A stretch of DNA of 63,331 bases, the filler included, from Octopus bimaculoides (Eukaryota), in the NCBI RefSeq assembly GCF_001194135.2. It is 7 parts of 7 records of this genome, joined end to end, with 100 filler letters (N's around TTAATTAATTAA, not from the genome) between each part and the next. Parts side by side here need not be neighbours in the genome. Positions count along the whole stretch, not along the records: positions 59,645 to 63,331 come from NC_068983.1; 6 more parts are not named here. One strand, given 5' to 3'. Under the pieces are notes generated by a model. The model was not told the DNA's origin. It ran no database searches and saw only the letters and a list, made by a program, of their open reading frames with translations. Of the stretch, positions 63,024 through 63,331 are shown one piece after another. The stretch's first letter is position 1, and each line of letters opens with the position of its first letter. A program made the position numbers and the translations under genes.

Positions 63024-63331
63024 TGTGTGTGTGTGTATGTCTGTGTGTGTGTGCGTTTGTGTGTGTGCGTGTGTATGCACATATATATTACTGTACATAT
63101 GTATATTCATATATAAATCAACAGACACTACATAGGGCCACAATGTACCACAGACTGGTGAAGGCTATGCAAGCCGAAACTTCGTTGTCTCTGTCAAGAC
63201 TATTCTTTTTAAGAAATATGTACTCTAAATAGGTGTTGAGTATTTAGTTAGTTTTATATAAAATTGCTTTTATTATAACTTCACTTAAAAGCATTTATAT
63301 ACATATATACATACATACATATATACATATA

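Overview
This is repeat-dense, AT-rich animal genomic DNA from a gapped draft scaffold. The microsatellite load, SINE repertoire and assembler linkers suggest a coleoid cephalopod, probably Octopus (inference). Most of the window is microsatellites, at least five SINE families in many copies, and decayed transposons: two Tc1 copies, one mariner, a nearly full-length degenerate Ty3/Gypsy LTR element, CR1-type, RTE-type and RLE-type (R4/Dong-like) LINE fragments, and several MITEs. Host content is sparse. There is one convincing + strand coding exon (42405-42634) of a gene I cannot name, two weak candidate upstream exons, a motif-rich promoter with small ORFs at about 50.7-51.4 kb, and a candidate RFX/YY1 first exon at about 58.55 kb. 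The most interesting observations are: a Tc1 transposase split by an in-frame GT-AG intron with its C-terminus inside the TIR; RLE-LINE copies embedded in (TATG)n tracts; an RTE ORF ending in three C2H2 fingers; a Penelope-type minimal hammerhead-like motif; and near-identical inverted SINEs flanking the coding exon. I found no unambiguous new multi-gene system. Most long ORFs in the supplied track are microsatellite or N-gap artefacts. SINE family labels A-E are my own, and repeat boundaries are approximate (tens of bp) unless TSDs or TIRs are quoted.
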